The notes under the pieces were generated by a model. The model did no database searches. It had not been told where the DNA came from and saw only the letters and a list, made by a program, of their open reading frames with translations. This document shows positions 1-10,547 of a DNA stretch of 64,000 nucleotides, in pieces. The translations under genes and the position numbers were made by a program. The DNA comes from Vicinamibacterales bacterium (lineage in GTDB: Bacteria; Acidobacteriota; Vicinamibacteria; Vicinamibacterales; UBA2999), in contig JBEBGV010000011.1 of the NCBI GenBank assembly GCA_040081265.1, positions 11,330 to 75,329 of the forward strand, given 5' to 3'. Numbering within the stretch: position 1 is the stretch's first letter; each line of letters opens with the position of its first letter.

Positions 1-1645
1 TGTGCAGGATCTTGTTCGCCCGGACGACGGAGTACTGGATGTAGGGGCCGGTGTCGCCGACGAAGCTGAGCGCCTCTTCCATGTCGAAGACAATCATCCG
101 GCCGCGCGAGAACTTGATCATGAAATAGCGCAGGGCGGCGATGCCGATGCTGTGCGCAATCCGCGCCGATTCCTCGGGGCTGAAGTCGGGGTTACGGCGG
201 GTGACCTCATCGAGCGCCCGTGCGGCCATCGTGTCGATCAGGTCGTCGGCCTTGACGCCGAGGCCCTTGCGTCCAGACACCTCGACAAACGGGCGCTTCG
301 CGTCCTCAGACCCCGGTGGGGGCGCGAAGCCGAGATCGGCCGCGGTGCCATGCGAGAGCGTGACCATTTCATATGAGAAATGGTGGGACCGCTCGGCTCC
401 TTCCGGGTGACCGACGGCGATGAGCGCCTGCTTGAGCAGCTTCTGCAGGTACGACTGTCGGACATCGATGACGTTATAGGCGTAGGCAGCGCCGCCAAAC
501 GGCGGATGGACCGACTCGCCGTCGTGGTCGCAGGTTGCCCACAGCGGCCCTTGTGGCCGCTCGATGAACCTGCGGTAGTGGAAGTCCTTGCCGAGCAGCC
601 CGAGCTTCCAGAACTGGTAGGCGATGTCCTTGCCCACGTAGGTCACCACGCCGTTTGAACGGACGATGACCTTCTCGCGTTCGTCGGCATCGGATTCCTC
701 GACGTCGGCGTCGGGGACGGCGTCGAGGTCCTCCTGAATCGGCATCACCCAGCATCCGGCAAGCTTGCCGTCGTGCCGCAGGTAGACCGCGCCCTTCTCC
801 TTGAGCACGTCAAACGCCCGTGCCCAGAACTTGAGCCGCAGAATGTCGCCCTCCCACGTCAGGAGGTCATAGTCCACATTCATCCGCTTCATCGTCTTCA
901 GGTGCTGCCGGACGATGCGGTCGGCGATGAAGGCGGCGATATCGGCTGTGGGGTTGCCGCCCTGCTCGATGTCGTGAAGGGCGTCGGCTCGAATCTTGAG
1001 ACGGTCCTTGTCGCCGCCATACCACTCACCGACGCGGGCGTAGAGGTCCCAGCAGTAGTAGTCGAAGCGGGTGCTGTCGGCGATGGCGCGGACGCGCTCG
1101 AGGTCCATGCCTTCGAGGACGCGAAAGCCGACGACGACGTCAGCGACCTGTACGCCGGTGTCGTCGATGTAGTTCTGCACCTCCACGTGGGTACCGCGGA
1201 AGCGCAGTACGCGCACCAGGGTATCCCCGAGCGCGGAGTTCCGCAGGTGGCCATGGTGGGCCGCCTTGTTGGGATTGATGGCGGTGTGCTCGACGATCGC
1301 CTTTCCGGCAGCCGCGCGTGCGGAGGGCACCGCCCCGGCGAGACGGTCGGCGAGAAACCGCGGCCGCTCGAGGAAGACATTCAGATAGCCGTTTGGGGCC
1401 GCCTGCACGCGGGTGACGCCGTCAAGGGTCCCGAAGCCGGCGGCAATCTCCTGTGCGATCGCGCGGGGAGCCTTGCGCAGGCGGCGCGCCAGTTCGAACG
1501 CGACGGGTGAGCCGAGGTCGCCCAGATCGCGGTTCGGTGGGTACTCGATCGCGATCGCCGGCAGGTCGGCAGTGTCGAGGGCGAAGAGCGTGGTCAGCAA
1601 CTGCGTGAGACGATCACGCAGACGATCGTGCACCGGTAGAATCAT
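1..1645 (-). CDS. argS: arginine--tRNA ligase (5' part of the gene; its 3' end runs off the left edge of the window)
   Basis: Absent from the ORF track because the frame is open at position 1. Manual minus-strand translation from ATG (cat at 1643-1645) gives one uninterrupted frame: MILPVHDRLRDRL...EHTAINPNKAAHHGHLRNSALGDTLVRVLRFRGTHVEVQNYIDDTG...GKDIAYQFWK...IAALRYFMIKFSRGRMIVFDMEEALSFVGDTGPYIQYS. This shows a class I HIGH-type motif and an ArgRS-like core. Plus-strand ORFs 2-376, 380-658 and 773-1510 are its antisense shadows. Confidence 0.88.
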   Translation of the reverse strand, partial: MILPVHDRLRDRLTQLLTTLFALDTADLPAIAIEYPPNRDLGDLGSPVAFELARRLRKAPRAIAQEIAAGFGTLDGVTRVQAAPNGYLNVFLERPRFLADRLAGAVPSARAAAGKAIVEHTAINPNKAAHHGHLRNSALGDTLVRVLRFRGTHVEVQNYIDDTGVQVADVVVGFRVLEGMDLERVRAIADSTRFDYYCWDLYARVGEWYGGDKDRLKIRADALHDIEQGGNPTADIAAFIADRIVRQHLKTMKRMNVDYDLLTWEGDILRLKFWARAFDVLKEKGAVYLRHDGKLAGCWVMPIQEDLDAVPDADVEESDADEREKVIVRSNGVVTYVGKDIAYQFWKLGLLGKDFHYRRFIERPQGPLWATCDHDGESVHPPFGGAAYAYNVIDVRQSYLQKLLKQALIAVGHPEGAERSHHFSYEMVTLSHGTAADLGFAPPPGSEDAKRPFVEVSGRKGLGVKADDLIDTMAARALDEVTRRNPDFSPEESARIAHSIGIAALRYFMIKFSRGRMIVFDMEEALSFVGDTGPYIQYSVVRANKILH

Positions 1646-2262
1646 GGATAATGGTGTCCGTCAGCAGCCGAGCGATAGTCCTCCGGCGTATTCACATTCA
1701 TCATGAGCCGGCCATCGGCATTGAAGTGGGCAAGCGAGCCTTCGGTGACGTCCCGAACATCGAGGCCGGCCAGCGCGGCGTCGACCCGCAGCGTCCGGGT
1801 CTTGAGCCGCGCCTTCAGGGCCGGGGCGATTCGCCGGTGAAACACGCCGCACAGAGGGCGCCGGCCCTGAGCGTCGCGGGGGATGACGACATCCGCCGTA
1901 TCGTCCAGATCGACGAGGAAGCTGAGGAACGCGGTGGTGAGAAACGGCATGTCACAGGCGACGATCATCACCCTGTCGGTGGCGCTCGATTCGAGCGCCG
2001 TATAGATGCCGCCCACCGCTCCGCAGTCGGGCACGAGGTCTGGCACCACCCGTACGTCAGCGGCAGTGGTATGAGTGGCGTCGCGGTCGATGATCATCAG
2101 GTGTGGCGTCAGGGGGCGCAGCGCGTCGAGCAGTCGATCGAGGATCGTCTGTCCGCCGACGAGCAGGCTTCCCTTGTCGGCGCCTCCCATTCGGCGTCCG
2201 CCGCCACCACACAGGATGGCGCCCGAAACTGGCGTGCGGACGGCCATGGGTTCGCTCCCCAT
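1642..2262 (-). CDS. mobA: molybdenum cofactor guanylyltransferase (MobA-like nucleotidyltransferase)
   Basis: 206-aa ORF. N-terminal AILCGGGGRRMGG.DKG nucleotide-binding loop, central VACDMPF, overall MobA length. Its stop overlaps the argS start by 4 nt (ATGA). Confidence 0.8.
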   Translation of the reverse strand: MGSEPMAVRTPVSGAILCGGGGRRMGGADKGSLLVGGQTILDRLLDALRPLTPHLMIIDRDATHTTAADVRVVPDLVPDCGAVGGIYTALESSATDRVMIVACDMPFLTTAFLSFLVDLDDTADVVIPRDAQGRRPLCGVFHRRIAPALKARLKTRTLRVDAALAGLDVRDVTEGSLAHFNADGRLMMNVNTPEDYRSAADGHHYP

Positions 2263-2267
2263 TATCT

Positions 2268-2840
2268 ATGAACGAGGCCGGTGTTGGACGCATGCTGCCG
2301 GCGAGCCTTCATCAGGGCATCGCTGATCTGCTGCCAAACCGTCTCGAATTCTACGAAGAGTGGCTGAATCCCAAGGCCATGCGCGACGGCCGAATTGGCC
2401 TGGCACCGCTGGCAGCCGTGCTCAGTTTCCTGAGGCGCGAAGGCGATGCCTATCAACTGGTGTCGGCCCGCGCCGGCGAATACGCCGCAGAGTGGACCTT
2501 TGCCGATCTGTCCTCGCTCCGGCGGTCGTTCATCAAGGCGGCGCCCCTGTGGCTGCGGCTGCGCCTGCTGACCGGGGTGATGCAGAACATGGCGGGTCGT
2601 ACCTACCGTGACTGCCGCACCAGCGTGAAGTGGAAGAAGCACACCGGGACCCTGCGCTTGTCGGGCTCGCTGTTCTGTGTCGTGCGAGAGCCCGTCGACC
2701 AGGCGCTGTGCGAGTTCTACGGATCCGCCGTTCGCAGGCTCGGTGAGTTGGCGGGTCTCGAACTGGACGTGACCTCTGACCGGTGCCGTGCCACCGGTGC
2801 AGAGCGGTGCACCATGACCCTGACCGTCCGACAGCCATGA
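2268..2840 (+). CDS. V4R (4-vinyl reductase-like) domain protein, function unknown
   Basis: C-terminal part of ORF 2103-2840. ATG at 2268 (MNEAG) lies just after the divergent mobA start; an alternative ATG is at 2292. The C-terminal Cys pattern FCVV...CEFYGSAVRRLGELAG...DRCRATGAERCTMTL resembles V4R small-molecule-binding domains. Confidence 0.5.
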   Translation: MNEAGVGRMLPASLHQGIADLLPNRLEFYEEWLNPKAMRDGRIGLAPLAAVLSFLRREGDAYQLVSARAGEYAAEWTFADLSSLRRSFIKAAPLWLRLRLLTGVMQNMAGRTYRDCRTSVKWKKHTGTLRLSGSLFCVVREPVDQALCEFYGSAVRRLGELAGLELDVTSDRCRATGAERCTMTLTVRQP

Positions 2841-4465
2841 AGGCCGCCGCGCGGCTCATCGTTGCTGCCACCATTGCGGTGGCTACCGCGACCGGCGCGG
2901 CTGCACAGAGCCCTGCTGCTGCCGCTCCAGACAACCGCGTGATGGTCGTGCCATTCGAGAACGCCAACGGCGCGGCGCGCGTCTACTGGCTGGCCGAAGC
3001 CTCCGCCGTGTTGCTGACCGACGACCTGACGGCCCTGGGTGTGCGGGCGATGCCGCGTGAGGAGCGGCTGCTGGCGTTCGAGCAACTCGGGATTCCACCT
3101 TCACCGGTCCTCAGTCATGCCACCGTGATCAGAACCGGACAGCTGGTCGGAGCCGCGCAGGTGGTCGTCGGCAGCTACACGCTGACCGGCGAGACGTTGA
3201 CCGTGCGTGCCCGTGCCATTCAGCTCGACTCCGGGCGCCTGCTCCCGGAAGTCAGCGAGTCTGGACCGCTTCCCGAGATCTTCCAGATCTACGGACGCGT
3301 GGCGCGTCGACTGGCGTCTGATTCCTCCCCGTCGTCCGGCGATCCCGAGACCGGCCATCCACCCCTTCCCGCCTTCGAGCAGTACATCAAGGGATTGGTG
3401 GCGCGCAGCCCCTCGACGCAGGTGGGATTCTTCTCGCAGGCGCTCACACTATCGCCGGCCTTTCATCGCGCACGACTGGGTCTGTGGACCGTGTACACCG
3501 AGCAGGGGGAGCACCAGCGTGCGCTCGAGGTCGTGCGGCAGGTGTCGCCCAACCAGCCGCTGTCGAGGCGCGCGCGGTTCCTGGCATCGCTCTCGATGCT
3601 CGAGTTGGCCCAGTACGGGCCGGCGGCCGACGCGCTCGGTGACCTTGGGCGCGAACGTCCCGACGCATCGATTGTGAACAACCAGGGCATCATCCAGTTC
3701 AGGCGACCGGCCGGTACCTCGCTGGTCAAGGCCTCGTTCTTCTTCGAGGAGGCGGCACGGATGGATCCTTCCGACGCCAGCCTGTTCTTCAATCTCGGGT
3801 ATGCCCGCTGGACGGAACGGGACCTCGCAGGCGCCGTCGACGCGCTGCGCGAGGTGGTCCGGAGAGACCCGGCAGATGGTGATGCCCACTTTGTGCTCGC
3901 AGTCGTGTTGCAGGCCTCAGGCAGCTCCGTTGAGGCCGGCAGAGAGCGGGAACTGGCGCGGCAACTTTCGTCGAAGTACGCAGAGTGGGAGGCCAGGCCA
4001 GGCGGGATCACCACGATGCCGCGCGGGCTCGAGCGCGTGAAGACCGAGCTCGACGTACCCCCGGCGCTTCGGCTGAATGACGCCATCGTGGCGGCCGGTC
4101 AGCGCGATCAGCAGGATCAGGCGTTGTTCCATCTGGAAAGCGGCAAGCGTCTTTTTCAGGCCGAGCACGATGCGGAGGCGGTGGCCGAGCTGCGCCGCGC
4201 GGTCTACCTGGCGCCATACCAGAGCGAAGCGCACCTGATGCTCGGTCGTGTCTACCTTCGCACGGGTCGCCTGAGCCTGGCCGTGAGCGAGCTCAAGATC
4301 TCGATCTGGAGTGCCGACACCATCGCCGCTCGCCTCGCGCTGGCAGAGACCTATCTGCAGCTCAAGGATCCGGCAGCGGCACGCAGTGAAGCCCAGGTCG
4401 TGCTGCGTCGTGACCCCGGCAACCTCGACGCGCGACGGATCACCGAGCGAGTTGCCGCCAATTAA
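2837..4465 (+). CDS. secreted TPR-repeat protein
   Basis: In-frame ATG at 2837 overlaps the upstream stop (ATGA). Signal peptide MKAAARLIVAATIAVATATGAAAQ. Multiple TPR-like helices in the C-terminal half (e.g. AEHDAEAVAELRRAVYLAPYQSEAHLMLGRVYLRTGR). Confidence 0.7.
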   Translation: MKAAARLIVAATIAVATATGAAAQSPAAAAPDNRVMVVPFENANGAARVYWLAEASAVLLTDDLTALGVRAMPREERLLAFEQLGIPPSPVLSHATVIRTGQLVGAAQVVVGSYTLTGETLTVRARAIQLDSGRLLPEVSESGPLPEIFQIYGRVARRLASDSSPSSGDPETGHPPLPAFEQYIKGLVARSPSTQVGFFSQALTLSPAFHRARLGLWTVYTEQGEHQRALEVVRQVSPNQPLSRRARFLASLSMLELAQYGPAADALGDLGRERPDASIVNNQGIIQFRRPAGTSLVKASFFFEEAARMDPSDASLFFNLGYARWTERDLAGAVDALREVVRRDPADGDAHFVLAVVLQASGSSVEAGRERELARQLSSKYAEWEARPGGITTMPRGLERVKTELDVPPALRLNDAIVAAGQRDQQDQALFHLESGKRLFQAEHDAEAVAELRRAVYLAPYQSEAHLMLGRVYLRTGRLSLAVSELKISIWSADTIAARLALAETYLQLKDPAAARSEAQVVLRRDPGNLDARRITERVAAN

Positions 4466-4552
4466 GGCGGATCCGCGTGCTACAATTGCACGCGATTTCA
4501 ACTAGATCACCCTGACAGCCGACTGTCATCGACGTTCAGCAGGATGTGACGC

Positions 4553-5242
4553 ATGAACGATGAGTCCCTGCGCGAGATTCAACTCAACGGCAAGCAACTT
4601 GTATTTTTGTTCATGGCCTCCACCGTGGTGGCCGTCGTCATCTTCCTGTGCGGGGTGATGGTCGGGCGCGGGGTCAGTGCGGCTCAGAGCGCGGCTGTGA
4701 CCAACAGCACGGTCGAGACGGGCGATCCCACGGCAGGAGAGGTTCCAGAACCTTCGGCAGCGGCGCCCTCGGCCCCGCCTGCAGATATTGCCCCTGATGC
4801 ACCCGGCGACGAACCCGATCTGAAATACCCGACCGCGCTCACCGGCAGCACCGAGAAACCCGAGCTCGAGACGCCGAAGAGTGCTCCGAAGGCTGCGGCA
4901 CCTCGCCCCGCTGAGGTCGTCCGCGCCAGGGCCGCGGCTCCGGCTGCCTCGCCGGCTGCGGCGCCACGGACGGCTGTCGTTCCTGCGCGTTCCCCGGAAC
5001 CCGTCGCGGACACCGAACCAGGAGGCGCTGGCTTTGTGGTTCAGGTGGCGGCCACGCCCCGCCGCGCGGAGGCAGACGCGATCCGTGCTCGTCTGCAGAA
5101 GAAGGGCTATCCGGCCTTCGTCACGACCGCCGGGCGGGTGTTTCGCGTCCGAGTCGGGAAATACAAGGACCGGGCCGAGGCCGCAGGCGTCTCCAAGCGG
5201 CTCGAAACCGAAGAACGCTTCAAGCCCTGGGTCACCAGGTAA
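4553..5242 (+). CDS. SPOR domain-containing membrane protein (cell-division/peptidoglycan-binding)
   Basis: N-terminal TM helix (LVFLFMASTVVAVVIFLCGVMVG), Pro/Ala-rich linker, and C-terminal SPOR-like FVVQVAATPRRAEADAIRARLQKKGYPAFV...FRVRVGKYKDRAEA. Confidence 0.8.
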   Translation: MNDESLREIQLNGKQLVFLFMASTVVAVVIFLCGVMVGRGVSAAQSAAVTNSTVETGDPTAGEVPEPSAAAPSAPPADIAPDAPGDEPDLKYPTALTGSTEKPELETPKSAPKAAAPRPAEVVRARAAAPAASPAAAPRTAVVPARSPEPVADTEPGGAGFVVQVAATPRRAEADAIRARLQKKGYPAFVTTAGRVFRVRVGKYKDRAEAAGVSKRLETEERFKPWVTR

Positions 5243-5275
5243 GCAGAGGCTCGGCCGAGCCCTGCCCGACTTGAC

Positions 5276-6793
5276 GTGACTTACTTCCTCGCGCTCGTGT
5301 CGGGCGCGCTTCTCGCCCTCAGTTTTCCCCGCTACGGTCACCCCGCATTCGGTTGGGTGGCTCTGGTCCCTTTGCTGCTCGCCGTGTCGGGCTGGAATGG
5401 ACGGCCAGGTCCGCTGCGCGGCTCATCTCCGCGACGCGCGTTTCAGCTCGGCCTGGTCGCCGGTCTCGTCTACTTCATCGGGACCGTGTATTGGACCGGG
5501 ACTGTGGTGGCCACCTTCGGCGAGGTGCCGACGCCCATCGCGATGTTCGCGATGCTCCTCCTGGCGGCGTATCTGGCTCTGTACCCCGCGATAGCTGCTC
5601 TCATCACCGGCTACCTGGTCTCGCGCATGGGGGCTCGTGCGTTGCTGGTTGCCCCGTTTGCCTGGGTGGCGACCGAGTTCCTTCGGGGGTATCTCTTCGG
5701 CGGCTTTCCGTGGGTGCCGCTGGGCAACTCCCAGGTGACGGTGCTGGCTGTGGCGCAGCTGGCCAGCGTGCTCGGTGTGTATGGGTTGTCGTTGCTCGTG
5801 GCGCTGGTCAACACCGGTGTGGCCTTCAGCCTGGTCTCCGCGGGGCGCAGCCGGCTGACGGCGGGCGCCCTTGTGGTCGTCCTGCTCGGCGGTGTGGGTG
5901 GATGGGGCGCGCTGCGCGTTCGTGACGGGGCGCTCCTGCGTGAGGGCGAAGCGATTCGCGTCGGGCTCGTGCAGGGCAACATCGACCAGGAAGACAAGTG
6001 GAAGGCCGGTGAGGCCCGCCGCATCTTTACGACCTACATCTCGATGACCCGTGACGTCGTCAAGCGCGGCGCGCAATACGTGATCTGGCCTGAGTCGTCT
6101 ACACCGTTCCTGTTCGAGGTGGATCAGGCCGGTGGCGCGGCGCTGCGCGATCTGGCGCGGGAGGTGGGCGTCCCGCTGCTCTTTGGCAGCGATCAGATCG
6201 AGCGCTCCCCCGACCGGATGTACAACGCGGCGTTTCTGGTGAAGCCTGACGGACAGACCGGCGCCGTCTACCGCAAGATGCATCTGGTGCCCTTTGGCGA
6301 GTTCATTCCCGCCAAGCGATGGCTGTACTTCGTCTCGCCGCTGGTCGAAAGCCTTGCGGAGTTTGCGCCCGGCACCGAGGTCGTGACGTTGCCGGTTGGC
6401 AATCACGTGACGAGCACTGCGATCTGCTACGAGGTCGTCTACCCCTCGCTCATCCGCCAGGCCGTGCTCGACGGCAGCGAACTTCTGACGACGATCACCA
6501 ACGACGGCTGGTATGGCAATTCGTCGGCGCCGTATCAGCACTTCGCCATGGCCTCGATGCGCGCCATCGAGCAGGGGCGGTATCTTGCACGGTCGGCCAA
6601 CACCGGCATCAGCGGTGTTGTGGACCCCTACGGGCGTGTCGTGAACGCGTCGCGTATCTTCGAGCAGGTGGGGATGGTCGAGGAGGTACGCTTCCTCACG
6701 TCACGAACCATATACTCGAGACTCGGCGACGTGGCCGCATGGGTGTCACTGCTGGTGTCGGCACTCGCCCTCGGCGTTGCCCGGTTCGTGTAG
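5276..6793 (+). CDS. lnt: apolipoprotein N-acyltransferase
   Basis: 505 aa. Polytopic N-terminal membrane domain followed by a CN-hydrolase domain (VIWPESS..., KMHLVPFGEFIP, ICYEVVYP, ITNDGWYG). Confidence 0.9.
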   Translation: MTYFLALVSGALLALSFPRYGHPAFGWVALVPLLLAVSGWNGRPGPLRGSSPRRAFQLGLVAGLVYFIGTVYWTGTVVATFGEVPTPIAMFAMLLLAAYLALYPAIAALITGYLVSRMGARALLVAPFAWVATEFLRGYLFGGFPWVPLGNSQVTVLAVAQLASVLGVYGLSLLVALVNTGVAFSLVSAGRSRLTAGALVVVLLGGVGGWGALRVRDGALLREGEAIRVGLVQGNIDQEDKWKAGEARRIFTTYISMTRDVVKRGAQYVIWPESSTPFLFEVDQAGGAALRDLAREVGVPLLFGSDQIERSPDRMYNAAFLVKPDGQTGAVYRKMHLVPFGEFIPAKRWLYFVSPLVESLAEFAPGTEVVTLPVGNHVTSTAICYEVVYPSLIRQAVLDGSELLTTITNDGWYGNSSAPYQHFAMASMRAIEQGRYLARSANTGISGVVDPYGRVVNASRIFEQVGMVEEVRFLTSRTIYSRLGDVAAWVSLLVSALALGVARFV

Positions 6794-6818
6794 TTCCCTT
6801 TCTCAACGGAGTAGATAC

Positions 6819-7959
<1,141 letters not shown>

Positions 7960-7990
7960 CCCGCTGGACCGCCGCGGCTGCGGCCCTGGG

Positions 7991-10366
7991 CTATCGCCCA
8001 GGCACTTGCGTCTGGGCAGGCACCGACACGGCGGGTGAGACTTCCTCAGTTTCCGCAGGAGGAGGCATCTCGGTGTCGTCGACGGCCGGGAGAACGGTCA
8101 CGCCGGCGGGTTCGGTACCGCTGATGAAGGCCTCAATTGAGCCGTTCAGCAGCGTCGCGAACACGATGTTGTCAGGCGGCTCGAATGTCGGCGGGCGGTC
8201 GCGATTGCCCTGCTTGTCGATGTAGGCGCGCATGAAGTCCATCCAGATCGGCAGCGCCGCGGCGGCCCCTGTTTCGTTCGGACCAAGTGGCCGCTTTTCG
8301 TCGTAGCCCACCCACACGCCGACGGTAATCTTCGGATCGAAGCCGACGAACCACGCATCGGTGTACTCATCCATCGTGCCGGTCTTGCCGGCGAGCGGCC
8401 AGTTGAGGGCGGCAGCCGCTGCGGCCGTACCGTGCAGGACGACGCCTCGCAGCAGGTTCGTCATCACGAAGGCCGTGTCAGCGCGCACGGCTTCGTGGGC
8501 CACCGGTCGGTTCTCGAGCAGCACGCTGCCCTCTCGATCGGTGATGCTGACGATCGAGTAGGGCTGCATGCGGACACCCTGGTTTGGAAACGCCGTGTAT
8601 GCACTGGTCACGTCGACCAGTGTGGCTTCTGCCGATCCGAGCGCGAGCGACAGGTATGGCGGGAGCGTTGGCGGAAATCCGAATCGCGTGGCGTAGCGGA
8701 TGACGTTCTCGGGGCCAAGCTCGGCGAGGGCCTTGACCGCGGGGATGTTGCGCGAGTCCTCGAGGGCGCGCCGAAGGGTCACGGCGCCCTCGAACTTGCG
8801 GTCGTAGTTCAGCGGGGCATAGGGCGGCTGGTTCGGACCACTCGGATAGGAAATCGGCTCGTCGATGAAGGTCGAGAGCGGGGTGTAGCCCTGATCGATC
8901 GCGGCGGTGTAGATGATCGGCTTGAAGGCCGAGCCCATCTGACGCCGCGCCTGCGTCGCACGGTTAAACTTGCTGGTCGCGAAATCGAAGCCGCCCACCA
9001 TGGCGCGGATCTGTCCGGTGGCGTTGTCGATGGCCAGCAGCGCGCCCTGGACAACCGGAACCTGTTCAAGGGCGAGGGTCTGGGGCACTCCAGCCATCAC
9101 CGTACGGGCCTCAACCTCGATCAGGTCGCCGACTGTGAAGAGGTCGGCGGCGGAGGTCCGGCGCGTCCAGGCGAAGGCCGCGCGCGGCAGATCGAGTTCC
9201 CTGGCCCCGATTCGGACGCGGGCTGAACCGCTTGCCCCCGTCACGGACGTGACGAGCGCCGGAACGATGTCGCCGGCGAGAATGGGCTGCGTCCAGCGTG
9301 GCTCGGTGAAGCTCGCCGGGTCCCTTTTTTCAGCGATCACGTTCCGCTTCGGCTTGCGGTAGACGCCGCGTCTCTTGTCGATCCGCCGGAGACCGCGGTC
9401 GAGCGCCCGGTTGGCGGCGTCCTGGAGCGGCGCGTCAAGGGTGGTTTGTACCGAGAGTCCCGACTCGTACAGCGCCTTGGCGCCGTACTTCTGCTCGAGG
9501 ACTTTGCGGATGTCCTCGGCGAAGTAGGGTGCCATCGACCGCTCGGGCGACGGCTGGCCCTTGACGACCAGCGGGCGGGCCGCCGCGTCGCGGGCATCGG
9601 CTGCCGAAATCATCTGTTCTGTCGCCATGCGCCCGATGACGTAGTTGCGGCGTCCAAGGGCGCGGCGGGGATCGACAAACGGGCTCAGTCGCTCGGGTGC
9701 CTGGATGATCGCGGCGACTGTGGCCGCTTCCTCGGTGGTGAGTTCCCTGGCCGACTTGTCGAAATAGAGATGCGCGGCGGCCTCGACGCCGTACGCGCCA
9801 TGGCCAAAGTAGATCTGGTTGGCGTACAGCGTGAAGATTTCGCGCTTGGTGTAGCGCTTCTCGATCTGGAGCGCGAGGAGCGCCTCCTTGATCTTGCGTT
9901 CGACCGTCTTCTCGAAGCCGATCGGGAAGAGATTCCTCGCCAGCTGCTGGGTGAGCGTGCTGGCACCGGCACGTTCGCCGAGCAGGAGGTCCTTGCCCAG
10001 CGTCACCAGGATGCGCGACATGCTCAGGCCGAAGTGCTGATTGAAGTCGGCATCCTCGGTGGCCAGGATCGCACTGCGCAGCACCGGGGCCATGTCGTCA
10101 TAGCCAATCACCACGCGACGCTCCGTGGCGAACTCACCAACGATCTGGCCGTCACGGGCGAGCAGGCGCGTGATCGTGTTCGGCTTGTAGTCGTCGAGCG
10201 CACTGATCGTCGGAAGGTCGTCGGAGTAGGCGAACAGGACGCCGCTGATGGTGCCGATCAGGGCCGTCGCCGCGAAGAGCGCGACGATCCCGGCCTGTCG
10301 GGCCAGACGCATGCCGAGAGTGAGCCGGGGCTTGGAAGGTGAGTCTGGTTGATCGAGTAGGGACAT
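7991..10366 (-). CDS. mrcA: class A penicillin-binding protein (PBP1A-type transglycosylase/transpeptidase)
   Basis: 791 aa. N-terminal TM anchor; GT51 motifs (ATEDADFNQHFG, STLTQQLARNLF, KREIFTLYANQIYFGHGAYG); transpeptidase motifs (MGSAFKP, SRN, KTGT). Confidence 0.9.
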   Translation of the reverse strand: MSLLDQPDSPSKPRLTLGMRLARQAGIVALFAATALIGTISGVLFAYSDDLPTISALDDYKPNTITRLLARDGQIVGEFATERRVVIGYDDMAPVLRSAILATEDADFNQHFGLSMSRILVTLGKDLLLGERAGASTLTQQLARNLFPIGFEKTVERKIKEALLALQIEKRYTKREIFTLYANQIYFGHGAYGVEAAAHLYFDKSARELTTEEAATVAAIIQAPERLSPFVDPRRALGRRNYVIGRMATEQMISAADARDAAARPLVVKGQPSPERSMAPYFAEDIRKVLEQKYGAKALYESGLSVQTTLDAPLQDAANRALDRGLRRIDKRRGVYRKPKRNVIAEKRDPASFTEPRWTQPILAGDIVPALVTSVTGASGSARVRIGARELDLPRAAFAWTRRTSAADLFTVGDLIEVEARTVMAGVPQTLALEQVPVVQGALLAIDNATGQIRAMVGGFDFATSKFNRATQARRQMGSAFKPIIYTAAIDQGYTPLSTFIDEPISYPSGPNQPPYAPLNYDRKFEGAVTLRRALEDSRNIPAVKALAELGPENVIRYATRFGFPPTLPPYLSLALGSAEATLVDVTSAYTAFPNQGVRMQPYSIVSITDREGSVLLENRPVAHEAVRADTAFVMTNLLRGVVLHGTAAAAAALNWPLAGKTGTMDEYTDAWFVGFDPKITVGVWVGYDEKRPLGPNETGAAAALPIWMDFMRAYIDKQGNRDRPPTFEPPDNIVFATLLNGSIEAFISGTEPAGVTVLPAVDDTEMPPPAETEEVSPAVSVPAQTQVPGR

Positions 10367-10452
10367 CTGATTCTTGGCAGACAGGGCTGCCCAACCTTAT
10401 CAGTGTAAGTCCCAACCGGCTCATGGAGATAGCGCCAATACCCCAAGTTGAT

Positions 10453-10473
10453 CTTGATTACGAGGCGCTCATA
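10453..10473 (+). promoter_or_regulatory. weak HAIR-like inverted repeat (possible HspR operator) overlapping the -35 box
   Basis: CTTGATT-N7-GCTCATA compared with the Streptomyces HAIR consensus CTTGAGT-N7-ACTCAAG gives 10 of 14 matches. An hspR gene is present in the same operon. Confidence 0.2.
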
Positions 10474-10482
10474 TTTGATAAT
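10454..10482 (+). promoter_or_regulatory. candidate sigma70-type promoter of the dnaK operon
   Basis: TTGATT (10454-10459), 17 nt spacer, GATAAT (10477-10482), about 65 nt upstream of the dnaK ATG in an otherwise GC-rich context. Confidence 0.4.
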
Positions 10483-10547
10483 TAGAGCAGGCTCACTCTT
10501 GGCCGCCGCTACAGGGCTTCTCTTCCCGCATCGAGGACGTGTTTCAC

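Noticed and set aside
10478-10500. TTAGAGCAGGCTCACTCTTGG upstream of dnaK, considered as a CIRCE (HrcA) element.
   Set aside because: It lacks the 9-bp inverted repeat TTAGCACTC-N9-GAGTGCTAA; only the TTAG resembles it. The operon carries hspR, not hrcA.
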